Assembly (NCBI GenBank): GCA_964035545.1
Contig: OZ037768.1
Location: 22,601,319 to 22,665,318 of the forward strand
Length of the DNA stretch: 64,000 nt
Origin: Bugula neritina
Lineage: Eukaryota > Animalia > Bryozoa
Direction: 5' to 3'
Below the pieces are notes generated by a model. The model was not told the DNA's origin. It made no database searches and saw only the letters and a program-made list of their open reading frames with translations. The position numbers and the translations under genes are program-made. Positions 38,068 through 52,100 of this stretch are shown here, in pieces. Positions within the stretch are counted from its first letter, which is position 1. Every line of letters starts with the position of its first letter.

Positions 38068-38411
38068 GCCTAGGGCCACACGGTGCGTATTTTCGCATGC
38101 GAAAATTGAAATCACAAGTAGCAAAGGTGTCCACTGTGCGCGTTGAGAAACCGTTCGCACTTGCGTTGAAAATGCTGAGCGACAAGTGCGAATCGTCTCT
38201 GTCATCGTCACCTAATTGGCTGGTAGCTATTCAGCGAGCCCAATTTCTTTAATTTAGTGCTACATTCCAGCAAATTGCGTTTTATTGAAAGCGAGTGCGA
38301 TTTAAAAATGAAAGCTTTATTTATCACGCATCACTGACGCTACAGTGGACACCTTTGCTACTTGTGATTTCAATTTTCGCATGCGAAAATACGCGCCGTG
38401 GGGCCCTAGGC
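38068..38411. mobile_element. PIF/Harbinger-type MITE, 344 bp, copy 1
   Basis: ~68-bp TIRs (GCCTAGGGCCACACGGTGCGTATTTTCGCATGCGAAAATTGAAATCACAAGTAGCAAAGGTGTCCACTGT), TAA target-site duplication, second copy at 59787. Confidence 0.9.
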
Positions 38412-40128
38412 TAAGACTGCAAAATGCAAATACAACAATGTTTTTGTCAATCAACTAATAATTGTTTGCATAAATAATATAATCTCATTCTTCAAGAAAG
38501 CCACTAACTGGAGGACAAAAGCTACAAGCTTTCCTGTGCTTGCTTGACTAATAAGTTCACACATGTAGCCTAGTAAAAAGCTTTCCTGTGCTGGCTCACC
38601 CCTACTAATGTTGCTTACGCCTAGCATCACTATCAATCTCCCTTTGTAGCCATGCCTGCACTAACTGAGTCACTGTAAGCCGATAGTTTAAAACTGCAAG
38701 AAGCAATATTTTGAGGTAAGAATTAACTGCATAGGTATACAAACGTTATAATATGCTTTAGTTATGCAATATAATGGAATAAAGTTGCTTTTCTTTGTGT
38801 GCTGTTAAAATATGAATTAAAATCTTTAAGTAATAGGTTCAGTATTGAGTATTCAATATTGAGTTATTAACTTTTTGCTTGGGTTTTCAGTGAAACCATT
38901 TAATGTTATAGCTTCTCAACTTTTCATGCTCTAAATATCTACATCAGCTAGTCTTATTGAAACTTAGCTGTAGTTTTACAGCTGGCTTGGCTGATCCCGG
39001 GTCACAAAATGTTATGCATAATCGAGGATAAGTTCACACCAGGTATAACATATCGATCAATTAAAACTTTCAAATAAAACTATTAGACCTGTTGTAAAAT
39101 ATGCAATAAAGATATAGGGCAGACAAAATATTTCAAGATGATATTGAATTAAAAGATGTCTGCCTCTTGTAAATACTTTAAATGAACTTCTATTTTAAAT
39201 AATCCTACAGAGTTTTGACTTTTGACTTTTTTTCTTTCATTTTTGTTCATGCCTACTTATATTATAGCCGGTATACACACTGAATTTCGCAACATGTTGT
39301 CATGTTTGTGATATGCAATAAATCAATCAACTATATAAAATATTTTAAATAAATTTTTGCTTAAACTGAGCTTTGCTTCTCTTAGTCATATTTTTCTTTT
39401 AAAAAAGTTTTGACTATAACATGAAACTATGTAAAGCATTGACGGTCCTTTGAACATAATGTAGTACAAACTCTTCAAAGTATAATTATGTGTACATGCT
39501 ATAACACAGCTAAACTGCTGAGCAGGCATGTGAGTAATTACATGTAACTAGCAGTGAAACTGGACCACTGCAGAGTTGAAAGGTCAATTCAGCTATAAAT
39601 TGTATGGCCATAACAGACAGGACAACAAATGATGATTGAGACTTAATCATAGTTGCCATTTCTGCATTGCCCGGCAACAGAAACCACAAAAATGTGTTCA
39701 AGCATATTTTAGGCAACATCTTTGCATGTTGGGAGGACACAACTCTTAATTTTAGGGGGACATTGGAGACTACTAAAAATGGTCTGTACTCAAGTCATAG
39801 GTTGTGTAACTTATAAAAGTGCATTTAATGGTTGTTTATATTGTAACTGTTTGTTGCCATACAATCTAATCCTTGCCTCCATTACAAAAGATTTCACTAG
39901 GCTATGAACAAACGAGTTTTTTTGCTCATACAGATGGTGGATTTCTTCAAATGGCAAGCTGTTTCCATTGATCAGTGATAAATTCATGCTAACATTGTGA
40001 TAGACATACACACTATTGACCTATGTGCAGCCCTATTAGAATGTTGTAAAATTATTACAATATGTTTTTGTAAGAGTAGCTCTTAACATGATGTGCTGTT
40101 AGCAACTCACAGCCAGGAAATATTATCT

Positions 40129-40165
40129 ATGATGTCATTAAGGCAGACTGCCTTAATGACATCAT
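40129..40165. repeat. Perfect 37-bp palindrome
   Basis: ATGATGTCATTAAGGCAG-A-CTGCCTTAATGACATCAT: 18-bp arms and a 1-nt spacer. Confidence 0.95.
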
Positions 40166-40295
40166 TATGTTTTAATCATAACCTGTTTAACAAATTTTAA
40201 CATTGAGTTCTTGAGGGGAATATAACTACAACCAAGAGTTTTATTAAAATATTTTATTGTTTATTCCAGAATCCAAAACAAGAACAAAACGCAAT

Positions 40296-41054
40296 ATGGA
40301 AAGCGTATTAGTTGGTTTGGCTGTGGGAGTTGGTACCTTTGTTGGAGCTCCCATTGTTTTAGGTTAGTCTTGATTTTACTTTTGCTTTCTATGCTTGACT
40401 TTATGGTTCTGTGTAATTCGTGTTAATTTCACGTTTTTAAATATTATAGGTACTGCAAAAGGTGCACTTTGGGTATTTTATCTAAAGTTATACTTTATAA
40501 GCAACCTTTGCTTGTTGAATTTGTATCATGTTGGCACTAGTTACTAGCCTGTTGCAAAATTCCACCCCAATCAGACAGTAGAGATAAAGTCTAAAAAGAA
40601 GGATAACAAATATATTTTATCAAATAACTGAGTGTAGAAGGCAAATATTCATGCTGACCCTGTGTGTACTGATTGTAGGAGCTGCAGGTTTTACCGCTGC
40701 CGGTGTTGCAGCAGGTAGCACTGCTGCTGCCATTCAAGCAGGGCTTGGCAACGTGGCTGCGGGGTCAGCATTCGCTGCCGCTCAAAGTATCGGTAAGTGG
40801 CACAATGAATTATAAACTCAGTCAACTCAGCAGCTGTGTAAGTCAATATTTTCTCTTTCAGTTATCATGTGAATGTAGCTCTCTCACTTCTCCCACAGTA
40901 ACGTGAAAATGCAATGAGTCCCAATACTCTTATATAGTCAAAGTTACACTACAAAGGGTAAATGTTCTTTATTATAGGTGCTGCTGGAATTAGTGCTACA
41001 GCAGCAGCAGCAACTGGTGCAGCAGCTGCCGCTGTAAACGCTGTCCTACCATGA
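40296..41054 (+). CDS. Interferon alpha-inducible protein 27-like (ISG12/IFI6-IFI27 family), 85 aa
   Basis: Exons 40296-40362, 40679-40792 and 40978-41054 give MESVLVGLAVGVGTFVGAPIVLGAAGFTAAGVAAGSTAAAIQAGLGNVAAGSAFAAAQSIGAAG..., the ISG12 motif. Not present in the ORF track. AATAAA at ~41120. Confidence 0.9.
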
Positions 41055-43146
41055 TTCTACTCCAATATTATATATTGAGTAACAATAATTTCTGTGTTTT
41101 GTGAAGTATAAATAGATATAAATAAATATTTCAAACTGTGACACTAATTATTTGTGTATTTTAATATTTTATGGTAAATTGAGATTAATTTGTCCTGTTC
41201 AACAAATCTTCTGATTATTTACGATTACCTGTTGTGCAGAGGGCAGACAACTGCCAACAAAATGTTGACCGCTTAGCATATCAACTGATTTCATCAGCAT
41301 TCCAAAAGTAGCAGTAGAATGTTGCTAGAAGACAGAAAGTTGAGAAGCTTTTATTTTGTATGAATATATTTTATTACAACAAAAAATCAAAGTGTGCAAC
41401 ATACGTCTGTAAAATGAAGCAAAATATAGTTCTTGTTAGAAAATATAATGTAATTAGCACTAAGAAAATAACATATAAAGCGTAATCTCTCTCCATTCAA
41501 AAGCCAGTCATAAACTTGTGATATGACGTACTGGTTATAAAATACTTTCAGAATAAGCATAAAACTAGCTAATAAATTATGTTAACAATAAACTTCTCTA
41601 TGAAAAAATATAAATACATTAATATAGTGAGAGATGAGTATGTAATATAACTATATAGTATATTCTTTATACATAGTATAGTATATTAGGCACTACTCTA
41701 CGAATCCTTTGTTACTTGTGAGACCAGGGCTAGATGTAGGTTAACACTGGGTGCATAGATGCTTCTAGAAACCCTTACATTTCTACATCTCACACAAGGT
41801 TTGTGGAATTGAGATAAGATAATACTATATGCACAAAAACAATAATTCTATTAAAATATATATAAATTAGTAATATAAATTAGACATGGATTTTAATACA
41901 GTATATAGCCAACTACATAGTGTTACCCATCAGTACCAATAATACCACACCTTAAATCCTAGCAAAAGCGTACACGTGTCCTTTTTGCATAACAAACTCG
42001 GCATATCATTTCACAAAAATATAATTTCAGCTTCCGCCATGACAGATGGAATACATCCGATAAATCTCAAGGGCCAAATCTACTTCCAAAATAAACTTTA
42101 TAAAATTATAGAAACCTTCTTTAGAAAATCATATAATTACTGTTATACATCTTTTAAATTGTAAAATTTCAAAAATAAATGTGGGAATTTAAAAAATACA
42201 GTGGCATGGCATTGGTGGCCAAAGAGTGTAATTTGATTGTAAAAGAAAGGATAAAGTGTTATCTATAGAAACAGCCAGCAGAGAAACTATCATCTACAGC
42301 AAGCATTGCCTCACTTAAAATGTTAGACCTGAGATACTACAAGATTATCGCCATGTCTAAGTAGTAAATATGAACATAACACTCATGGGACTGGCAGGTA
42401 GTGATTTTAAAGTTAAATTATCAACCTTTTAGAGACTAGGTCAGGCTTAAAAACTTTCAAATACGCTAATTTAACCCATTAGTAACAAGAATACAATTTA
42501 ACTTCAAGCAAATTGCATAAGTCAAGCAATTTTTAATTTAAACGTAAAAAATTTTTTACCAGATAAATAATGTAAACCTTAAACACGATAGAAATAAGCA
42601 CGTATTCTAACCACCCCTACCAAACCAGCCATTATCTTGTTCCGATAACTAACTTTACCATTTTTTAGAAATTTAATATTAAGGGCATAATGCTAATGTT
42701 TTAATTTAAGAATTACCATCTTTGGTTTTAATACTAGTGGTAAAACGGAAAAGGATCTTAGAAATAGACCGAAGTTGAAATACTTTAGACTAGGGTACTA
42801 TAGATGTCATATAAATTATTAAAGAATGTTTTGGAGCACACTCTACAATTGGAGCAACACAGAGATCACTTGATGATAATCTTGTAACCTAAAATATGCA
42901 ATTACTAAAAATAAATAAAAACTATGTGCAGCGATTAGAAAAATACAGCCTGTTCTATAGACACATATTCTGCATATACTTTCTAGACACTGTTTATTTA
43001 AATCTGTTTACTATTCTAATAGAAGATGGCAGTTTGCACAATGTAATTCTCTGCTTGGAGTTGTCTTACATAGAAGACCACTTGCTGGTAAACTCGGGCT
43101 ATGCTTCGGGACACTTGGGCTATACTGTAAATGGTTAGCTGTTAGA

Positions 43147-46100
43147 CTAAGAGATGAAACTCTACAAAACACAATTTTAAGAGTTAAGTGAGTTTCCGGT
43201 TTCAGAATGATTATAAGTGGCCAGGTGTGTGCGACTTTGCAGCTTAAAGTTACACTGCAATCTAATTTGACAAATAATCATTTTTGTTAAAAGATTTTCG
43301 ATCAGCAGTTGAGACATCAAATAGTGTTGAATCTACATGCAGGAGTAGCATATACGGTTATATAAATTGAAATATATAATTCATAATAAGTCACAATTGA
43401 AGGTCAATAATAATCATTTAATAACCAATATTTATTTATCAGTAATCAGTGAATATCAATAATCATTACCTCCGAAACAGATCGTTTGCGTTTCCAGCAG
43501 TCGGGGTTCTTCTTCCTGAACTGGTCGGCCAGTTTCTTGGCTTCCTGTGCAAAGGTCTTCCTTTCGTCACTTCTCATCCTTTTCCAGTGATCTCCGAGTA
43601 ACACACTGATGGCTCTAGCAAAGAGTATAACTATAATATACTCATAGCAAAGAGTATAACTATAATATACTGATGGCAAAGAGTATAACTATAATATACT
43701 GATGCAATCCCAGCTATATTTATTTAATTTATTTTTTCAGATACATTTCATTGGAGAATTAATAATGCTGTGAACACATTTGGAAGTTGTCTTCCTTCAA
43801 CTAATGTATGGAAGTGTACAGTGGCTGGTATTCATCAGAACACACTGCCCAACAAGGATATCACTCATATGACAAAACTCACTAACTAATAAGAACTTTT
43901 CACTAACCAATGAGATTCTAAATTCACAAATTTTTACCATATTCTTTGAACTGAACATGTGTATATGATTTTACATTTGCAAGTTATTTCTGCAAAACAT
44001 TTTAATTCGCTACTAAATACATTTGTGGATTTCATTTTCAATAAACTATGAATTACAACAGTTAATAAATATTAATATCACTATACCTGTTGTCTTTCCC
44101 AGGGTGCATCTGAGTGTAATGAACTCTGAACTCCTTAGCAAACAGCATAAAAGCATTCATTGGTCGTTTAGCTTTGAGTGGGGAGTTGTCATTGTACAGG
44201 GAAGATGATTTCTTCTTGTGCGATTTGATTGGTGATTGAGGGAATGACCTAGATAATTCCTCCAATGAGCTTGAGCCTTTTCTAGACTGCAATAAATGGT
44301 ACGGCAGATTTCACCAAGTGTTATCTGAGTAGCAATCCCATTTTATCAAAATTCAAATTATAATAGAATCGACCGGGAGTTGTGCACCCAACAATATCAA
44401 GGCACTAGTATCTTTTTTACACTCAATACTGGCTAAAGCTATATTACGATCAAAACTAGGGCTATACAATACAATCTAAGACTATTTTTAGAACTAAGAC
44501 TAAGAAAACTGCTCACCATTGCCATTTGACTGAGAGCAAAGACGGCATGTGAATCTTCAGGTGTAAACTGTAGGCTAAAGAGAAAATATACAGTAATAAG
44601 TGATAAGACAGATAAACTACTGGTGTCACTGTTGAACGTCACGCTAGAGTAAGCTGTGAGCAGACAACTTCTAATGTATTTTATTCAAAGCAATTTACTG
44701 AGTAAAATTAATTACATTGTACTAATCCATTATATACAATGTACTTGCACTAATACACTAAATACAGTGTACTTGCACTAATACACTATATACAATGTAC
44801 TTGTACTAATGTAAAATATACAATGTATCTTCTTATACACCCACCTAGTTAGACTTTTCACTGCTTTCCTGGTAAAAGAAGCGTCGGGGTGATGAGGTGG
44901 CAGACACACATCATTGATGTCTAGAGTTGAACACTGAAGTCCATAGTGCTCTAAAGTCAGTGACGGGTTACAGGAACACCAGCCTGAAACGTTCAGTCAA
45001 ACTCTAGTATCAAAATGAGTTTGATCATATGTACATTACACTTATGTGATTCTTTTAGAAGGAAAAGTGAAATTCAGTTTATAATGTAGTACATTAATTT
45101 GAGAGTTATTAATTAAAGCATAAATAATTATTTAGTAGGTGAATATTTAGCTAATAAAATAAATAAGAAAATTGGCCGAAAGAAATGAAAGGAGCCCAAA
45201 ATACAAAGATAACTCCAATATTCTTTGAATACATATTATAATATTTAATCTAAGCTGTTACTACTGTACTAATAGCTTTACAGAGTAGAATGAGTACTCT
45301 TCACCTTCAGTACGGGTGGACAAGAACCCCACCCGTACTGGTCACAGCTAAACAGCGCATAAATACATACCTTTATCTTTAACAAAGAAAGGGTGATCAA
45401 GCTGGCACTGGGCAAACAAAGTGGAAGTTTCTTCATCTCCCCTTTCCAGACCGTCTGATTGGACAGGAGAAAACGCCAGGTGTAGCACGGGTTCCTTAGA
45501 TATAAACCTAGAGAGACGGAGGCCGTGGGGGGCATAACTCTCCTCCAGATATTTCTCTTCAAACCTGTCTTCTACTCTCTTCCAGTCAGATATAACTCCA
45601 TTCTCTATGCGCACATTCGTACCTTCAGCAAAAGAGTCAGTTGCTATAGCAACAGGTTGAAAACAACCGAAGTTAACTACAGAAGCAAAGTTTGAATTGC
45701 ATTTAAATAAAAATTCAACGTTTAAAATTGATGACAAACCTCAAAATGGTAGCTAAATATGTAGTCTAAGAACTTACCTGATATAAAGCATTGCCATTTA
45801 GCCTCAGGCCACGTCTTTTCCACAACCGCTGCGTCACAGTCCGTGGTGTGATGATTCTCATCTGAGCTGTTGGAGACGGGATCCACGTCCAGCTCCAACT
45901 CTGATGTAGTACTGGTGCTTCTAGGGTGGCTCTCGTCATCTGAACAACTGCTAACACAGAACCAAGGCTATGGGATGAAATAATATCCAGCACTAAACAA
46001 GACACTTGGAGAAAGTGGGTGAAGCTTGTTGCGAGGAATTAATATTTTGACCAAATATATTCTAATAAATACCAAATAAAGGCAGAATGATAATATAAAA

Positions 46101-49100
46101 TATAGAATAAGTGCAGCATAATATAAACAATATAATGTAATATAAATAAAAAAAAAAATCTTTATTTTCACAACGGCAGACTGCTCAAATAAAAAAGCTT
46201 GACAATAATTACGCTCCTCTAAATATATTATTTTATATCAATATTTAAAATTGATCTCTCCTTGTTTTATCTCTTGCATTACAAATGTCTAAAGTACAAC
46301 AGTTGGAAGTGTCCTGAGCGTGACTCATAGGCACGGCATTGCATGGTAGCAGAAGTATGTATTTATCCTATTTGATAAGAGTTTGTTATCACTAGCAGGC
46401 ACATGTGCTAACTGTTCACACTTTGAACAGATATATCTCTACACACCAACTATCAGGTTGAAACTTCACAGTGCACAATAGCATGCCTAAAGAGTGACAT
46501 ATTTTATATGTCAGTAATAAAAGTTACACTCAACTAACAGAAAGTACAATATTAATTATTGTCTATAAAACTGTTTGAAGAAAAAACACCTTTTTTATTT
46601 GAATTGAGTATGCTTAGTTTCAAACAGCCATTAGTTATATATGTACAACATTCATGCATTTTTTCATATGTAAACCGTTCACCTATAGAAAATAATCTCA
46701 AAAACTCAATGCTTAAAATTATCTTTCTAAAAGATAATTGGAAATCTACGTTTACAAATAAACAAATAATCACCATTGATATAACATCTCCATAGTTGAT
46801 TAGACATATTTCTACACAGTATTCTACACAGATGTAGGAGTTATCTCACCTGCTCCTGGTGCTGGCACTAGACGAGTATTTACTATCAGGTCCCGAGAAA
46901 GACAAAGACCTTTTACGCGAGATAACTGGAGATTTTACGTCAGCCCTGATTGGTGGTTTAGCATACGAGTGTATAGATGCGTTGAAACTCTGCGAGGCTC
47001 TGGAAAAGAAGGAATAATTGTCACTTGTGTATACTGTAGTTACACATGTGTATACTGTAGTTACACATGTATACTGTAGTTACACACGTATGCTGTAGTT
47101 ACTCATGTATACTGTAGTTACACATGTATACTGTAGTTACACATGTATTATATACTGTAGTTACACATGTATACTGTAGTTACTCATGTATACTGTAGTT
47201 ACATGTGTATACTGTAGTTCCTCATGTATACTGTAGTTACTCATGTATACTGTGTAGAGAAAATACCTCTGATAGGCTGTCAAAGCCAGGTTGTTGTGCA
47301 GCAGAGGACTGTGGGGACCTGTGGCTATGATGGCCAGCTGAGTGAGGGGGTCTACTATCTCCTCCTCATCATAGTTATCAACTCTTTTTGAAGAACTAAG
47401 GCTATCTGTAACAGCCATCTGTCGCCACGCCATAATATCTAATGGCTGAGAGGATGTTGACACCACATCCACTTCCACATCATCGTCTGAAAACAGTTTC
47501 GAATTTATAATTTGCTCAACAAATAAATATGCCGATGTAAAAGTTTCAAATTGTCTCCCCTGAAGTTACTTTATTAGTAAAGCTGGGTAACTCAGCGAAT
47601 CTTTAAATTAGTTGAGAAAAAACATCGAAAACCAGAGAACACAACTCTAACTAATAATCTTTAAACCAGCTCTCTCAGTCAATGAAAGCTAATTTAGAGT
47701 TGTCTACCTAATCATATAGACTTGGTCACCTGATCATTTAGATACAACAAAACTGCAGAAGAAAAAGAATAGAATTTTCCATTCTCTGTTTTGGAAAAGT
47801 AATTGTGGAAAATCACCATCTACTTGGTTACTGCAATAATCTTGAAAATGTAATGAAGAAATGAAAATTTCCCAAGAATTCCCACAGAATTTACGTGGCT
47901 GTCGAATAACCAATGGAGGGGAAGATTGCATTGATAACACGTAGATAAGACGTAATTTGCCAATTGTTAGAGATAAGTTAATAGATTTGGAGAATATTAT
48001 CGTTCTATATACAGGCAGTCATACAAATAAAGTCACACGTAATATGTACATTGGATGCATACATTGAAGATGACAATACAAAATATATTTATTCGCTCCT
48101 CTCTCTCTTTGACAAAGTTGATGCTCAATCATTGGTTTAATCTAACATGATGGTATATACTATTGATAAATTAATGGATAAATAAACCTAAATATGTTTT
48201 CAGCAGCCAAACTAATATTTTTGAGCAGGATTTTTATAAAAATCATTTTGGACAAGTTTAGCTTTCCTGGTAAATGAAAGCAAAGATGTGGGTAAATATG
48301 ATTTCTTTCTTCAACAGTTGAGAAATGAACTTTTAATATTAGTAAAAGCCCTGACTATACTGTTAAACCAACTAAAAAAACCTTTAGTAAAACAGTACAG
48401 CCTCATGCTATGATCGTTAACTTAGTAATGGTGGGAGTATATTAAATTGGACTAGTAAGGATGTACACTAAGGTGGGTTAGTAAGTCGTACTAGGATAGC
48501 AATGTGTGTAGTAACACCTAGTAACTACTACAATAACCTACATTGCAACGCTAGCTATAACATAACTTTATCACATTAATCAAACTGTTGCCAAGAAAGT
48601 AAAAAGTTGGCAAAGTTGCAAAAGTGGCAGTCATAAATAGCCAGCAGTACGCCCTACAGTTTGACCTAATCAGCCAGTATGCGTGTAACAGTTCAGATAT
48701 TTAAGCAGAAAGAATGCCCTAATTACTTCTTTCACCTTGGCTTTGATACGGCTGCCTCGCATTGTTCAATTTTTAGTCCCTGGTTCTTGGCTACCAACAC
48801 AAACAGTGGGGGTCATACTCCCTCCCCCTACTGCTGAGTCTGTACCTAATGACGTTCTGCTTTATAGGGCATTGTGTAATAAAACATGTATTACAGAATT
48901 TCAAAGCAGTTGCTGGCTATTAAACCCCTTGAGAAGAAATGGTTGCAATGAAACTACGTGGCATATTACATCCAGTTTGCCCATACATTAGTTCTCATAC
49001 CAATAAATTCATAATTGCATTCGTATTTAGAAGATTGCTAGTACTAATCAGCCTATCAGTATCAAGTAGTAGATAAGGTATCAAGGTGTATGATTTCCAG

Positions 49101-52100
49101 AAGTAGGAAATTCCAAAGATATAATTTTTTCAAGTCATGGAAAAAGCTTGTCTAGGCTTGTTTCTCCAAACAGGCTGGCAAGTTTAGGCGTGCCCAGAGT
49201 ATGTGGTCAGGCTGTTTTACTAAACCCCCTTGAGCTATTGAAATCCACTACATCCACTTTCAATGTTAGAAACTGCCCATTTTTAATCAGGTTATTGAAA
49301 CAATTTCTATTTATATCTTTTATGAACAAAAACAATAGCCACGAGAAAATTCAGCTTCGTGTGTAATTGATACAAACTCTGTAATCAATATGTGCATTAT
49401 ATCGGGCATAATGCTGATTAAATAACATTGTAACTGTTCAGAACAAATAGAAATTGAAAGGAATTGTAGCGTTGCAACGCCGGACTTTTAGTAAAAATGA
49501 TGTAATACCTTTCTTTCCCAAAAACCCCAAATTAGTAGGTGTACTGTTTCATTGTAACACCTGCTATACAGTGTATCTGATAGTTGAGATATTATGTTGT
49601 ATTATCTATTGGCATAGTTATCTCCTCCGTCTACTTGTATCATTGCATAAAGTCAAGTGAATTTGGTGCCTGGATGTAGGGCTTATTATGCTATACGCTG
49701 CCAAGTGTAGTCTCTATATACTGACACTAGCTCCCCTCTCAGGTAATATTAGAACAAACCTCTAATAGCCTGGCGTGTTGAACATGATGAGATATGCCAA
49801 TGCAAACAGTCTACTGTATACATACTTCAGGTCTATAGCTTGCATAGCTTCAAACCAGCAAAGGCCTTGCAACTTGCTAACAGCCAGGGTTGCTACTTTT
49901 CAAAAAGTATTTCTCACAAACTAGATTTTGGTGTTACAATATATCTATGAAATGGTATTTCATATGACCTTAGTTGATTGTTCAGTAGAGGTAGCTAAGG
50001 GAAGGTCAAAGGTGAATCTTATGGTTCTTACAAGAAAACAGTCGAAAGCTGCCAAATTGGGGGTTCTATGTATTCACTGGTTGATAATTAAATTAATATT
50101 TTACACAACGTAGGAGTTTAATTTAGTTGGGAAAAATCTTTTGGTATTGTAGCAGAGTACATACATCAACCTTGACCTCAATAAATCCTAGTTAGTCTGT
50201 AACTGAGACAAGAGATAACTATAAAATTAGGACTATGAGTTACTCTAGGACTTAATTAGGCCAGTTTTTAAACTCGGGCCCTAAAATCAGCACAAAAAGT
50301 CCAATTTCTTGACTTATATAACAGCTGTAATGATGGCTGGAAACATCAGGTTAAAGCAAGTCAAGTGAAGAAAATCTTATAATCAATACGTGTGAATTAG
50401 AGATACAATACATCTAGTACTATACGGTGTTACTAGCCTGCAATATATGCATGGTGTAGTTTAGTTATGTGTATACGTAATGCATGCATTACAACTGATT
50501 TACTCAGCTTACACAATGTTAGCTAACCTTTCATACTCCTAGCTTCAATTATAGGTCAATACACTTTACCTGCAGGGTCTATATCTCATGGCACATTCTA
50601 CTAGTTTGCTATAGAGCATAGATAATCAGACTGAGTGAGTGATTGAGTTAATAAGTGAGTGAGTGAGTCACTGAGTGAGTGACTTAGTGAGTAATTGACT
50701 CAATAAATGAGTGAGTGAGTGACTGAGTGAGTGACTGAGTGAGTAATTGACTCAATAAACGAGAGAGTGAGTCATTGAGTGAGTGATAGACTCAATGAGT
50801 GACTGGTTAAGTTAGCTATCAGCTTCGAAGTCAAGTCATTGCTAGTAATAGAACTAACTAGCTTTTACAGAGACGTTATTTAGTCTTTAAGCTTTTAACT
50901 CCCTGGGAGCAGCCTCTTCAACATGGAAGTGATTTAGTTATAAATCATAAAATCAAAGTTTTATTAGGAAAGAATTAAAATGAGATTTAATGCATCCATC
51001 AATTGACAGTTGGTAGAATTAATACCCCATTAATTTTTCCAATGATACATTCCATATTTCCTTGGGCTAATAAAAGCATGTGATTATTTATCAATAGTAT
51101 GATGAATACCCACATAAAATTGTAACTAACAAACAAATTACGAAACAACACGGACTAAAGGAGAACAATAAGTTTCCTTGAGGATTTCATCAGCTTTTTC
51201 TTTCCACTCTATTCCAGTTACAACAGTCAGTAGGCATTTGCTACAATGGCTAATACTAGTTACACCCCAACTGTCACTGGCACTCTCAAGTGAGCAGAAA
51301 GTCATATTGGTTGCCTTGGTTACCAAGTCATAATAAGCTAAAGGTAAAATAGGCCTATTCAATAATCTTATAAATTTCAAATTAGCTGCTTGCTAGCTTT
51401 GGTGAAAATGGAAGTATTTTGTAATTAATATTTTCTCCTTATCCGTACTCTAATCTGATATCCATCACCAGCACTGTGACACTTGCGTCAAAATATTGTT
51501 TAGTAAGGTGAGCCTCGTTATGGAAATGGCTTGTTGACAGGATAGTGTTATGATGGTCACGGCTCAGTGATTCCGATACATAGCACTAGTGGAAAACCCT
51601 ATTACAATGGTTGAATAATTAAAAACATTGGCATAGCGATGGTTTGGCACTTTGCCAGTAGCCAATATCCAAAGATCAGCTGATGTATTAAAGAATCGCT
51701 ATAATAGTGATTACCACTGCATTCTATATATGGCTTCAGCAGCTCAATGCAATGATCATTGAAGTGTGTAACGTTATGCAAAGCATAATGCCACTGCTGC
51801 GTGTAAAAAGTGATAGCAGCCAGCATAGTTGAGTAACTTGCACTGAAGGTATAGCCAAAGTACCTGGGAAAGGCTCCTGTACTCTACGGGTGTAGCCCAT
51901 GTCTACCGTATGCATAGTAGATACATCTATGGTGATCTCACACTTAGTTTTCTCGGTGTGGTACTTGAGACCATTGGCACTACAATGTATATACTGGTCA
52001 GTGAACTATGTTACAGAAAAGTTACAATTAAGCTCAGTCGTTCACTTCGCTTATCATCAACACGATATTCAATACTCAACAGGCCACTTCTATGATGCAA

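Noticed and set aside
37984-38252. Similar ORFs at 37984-38252 and 59715-59930
   Set aside because: They are chance frames across the two non-coding MITE copies.
51138-51826. ORFs in the large HBP1 intron as extra exons or TE remnants
   Set aside because: No recognisable domain, and they are not needed for phase continuity between 51864 and 47486.
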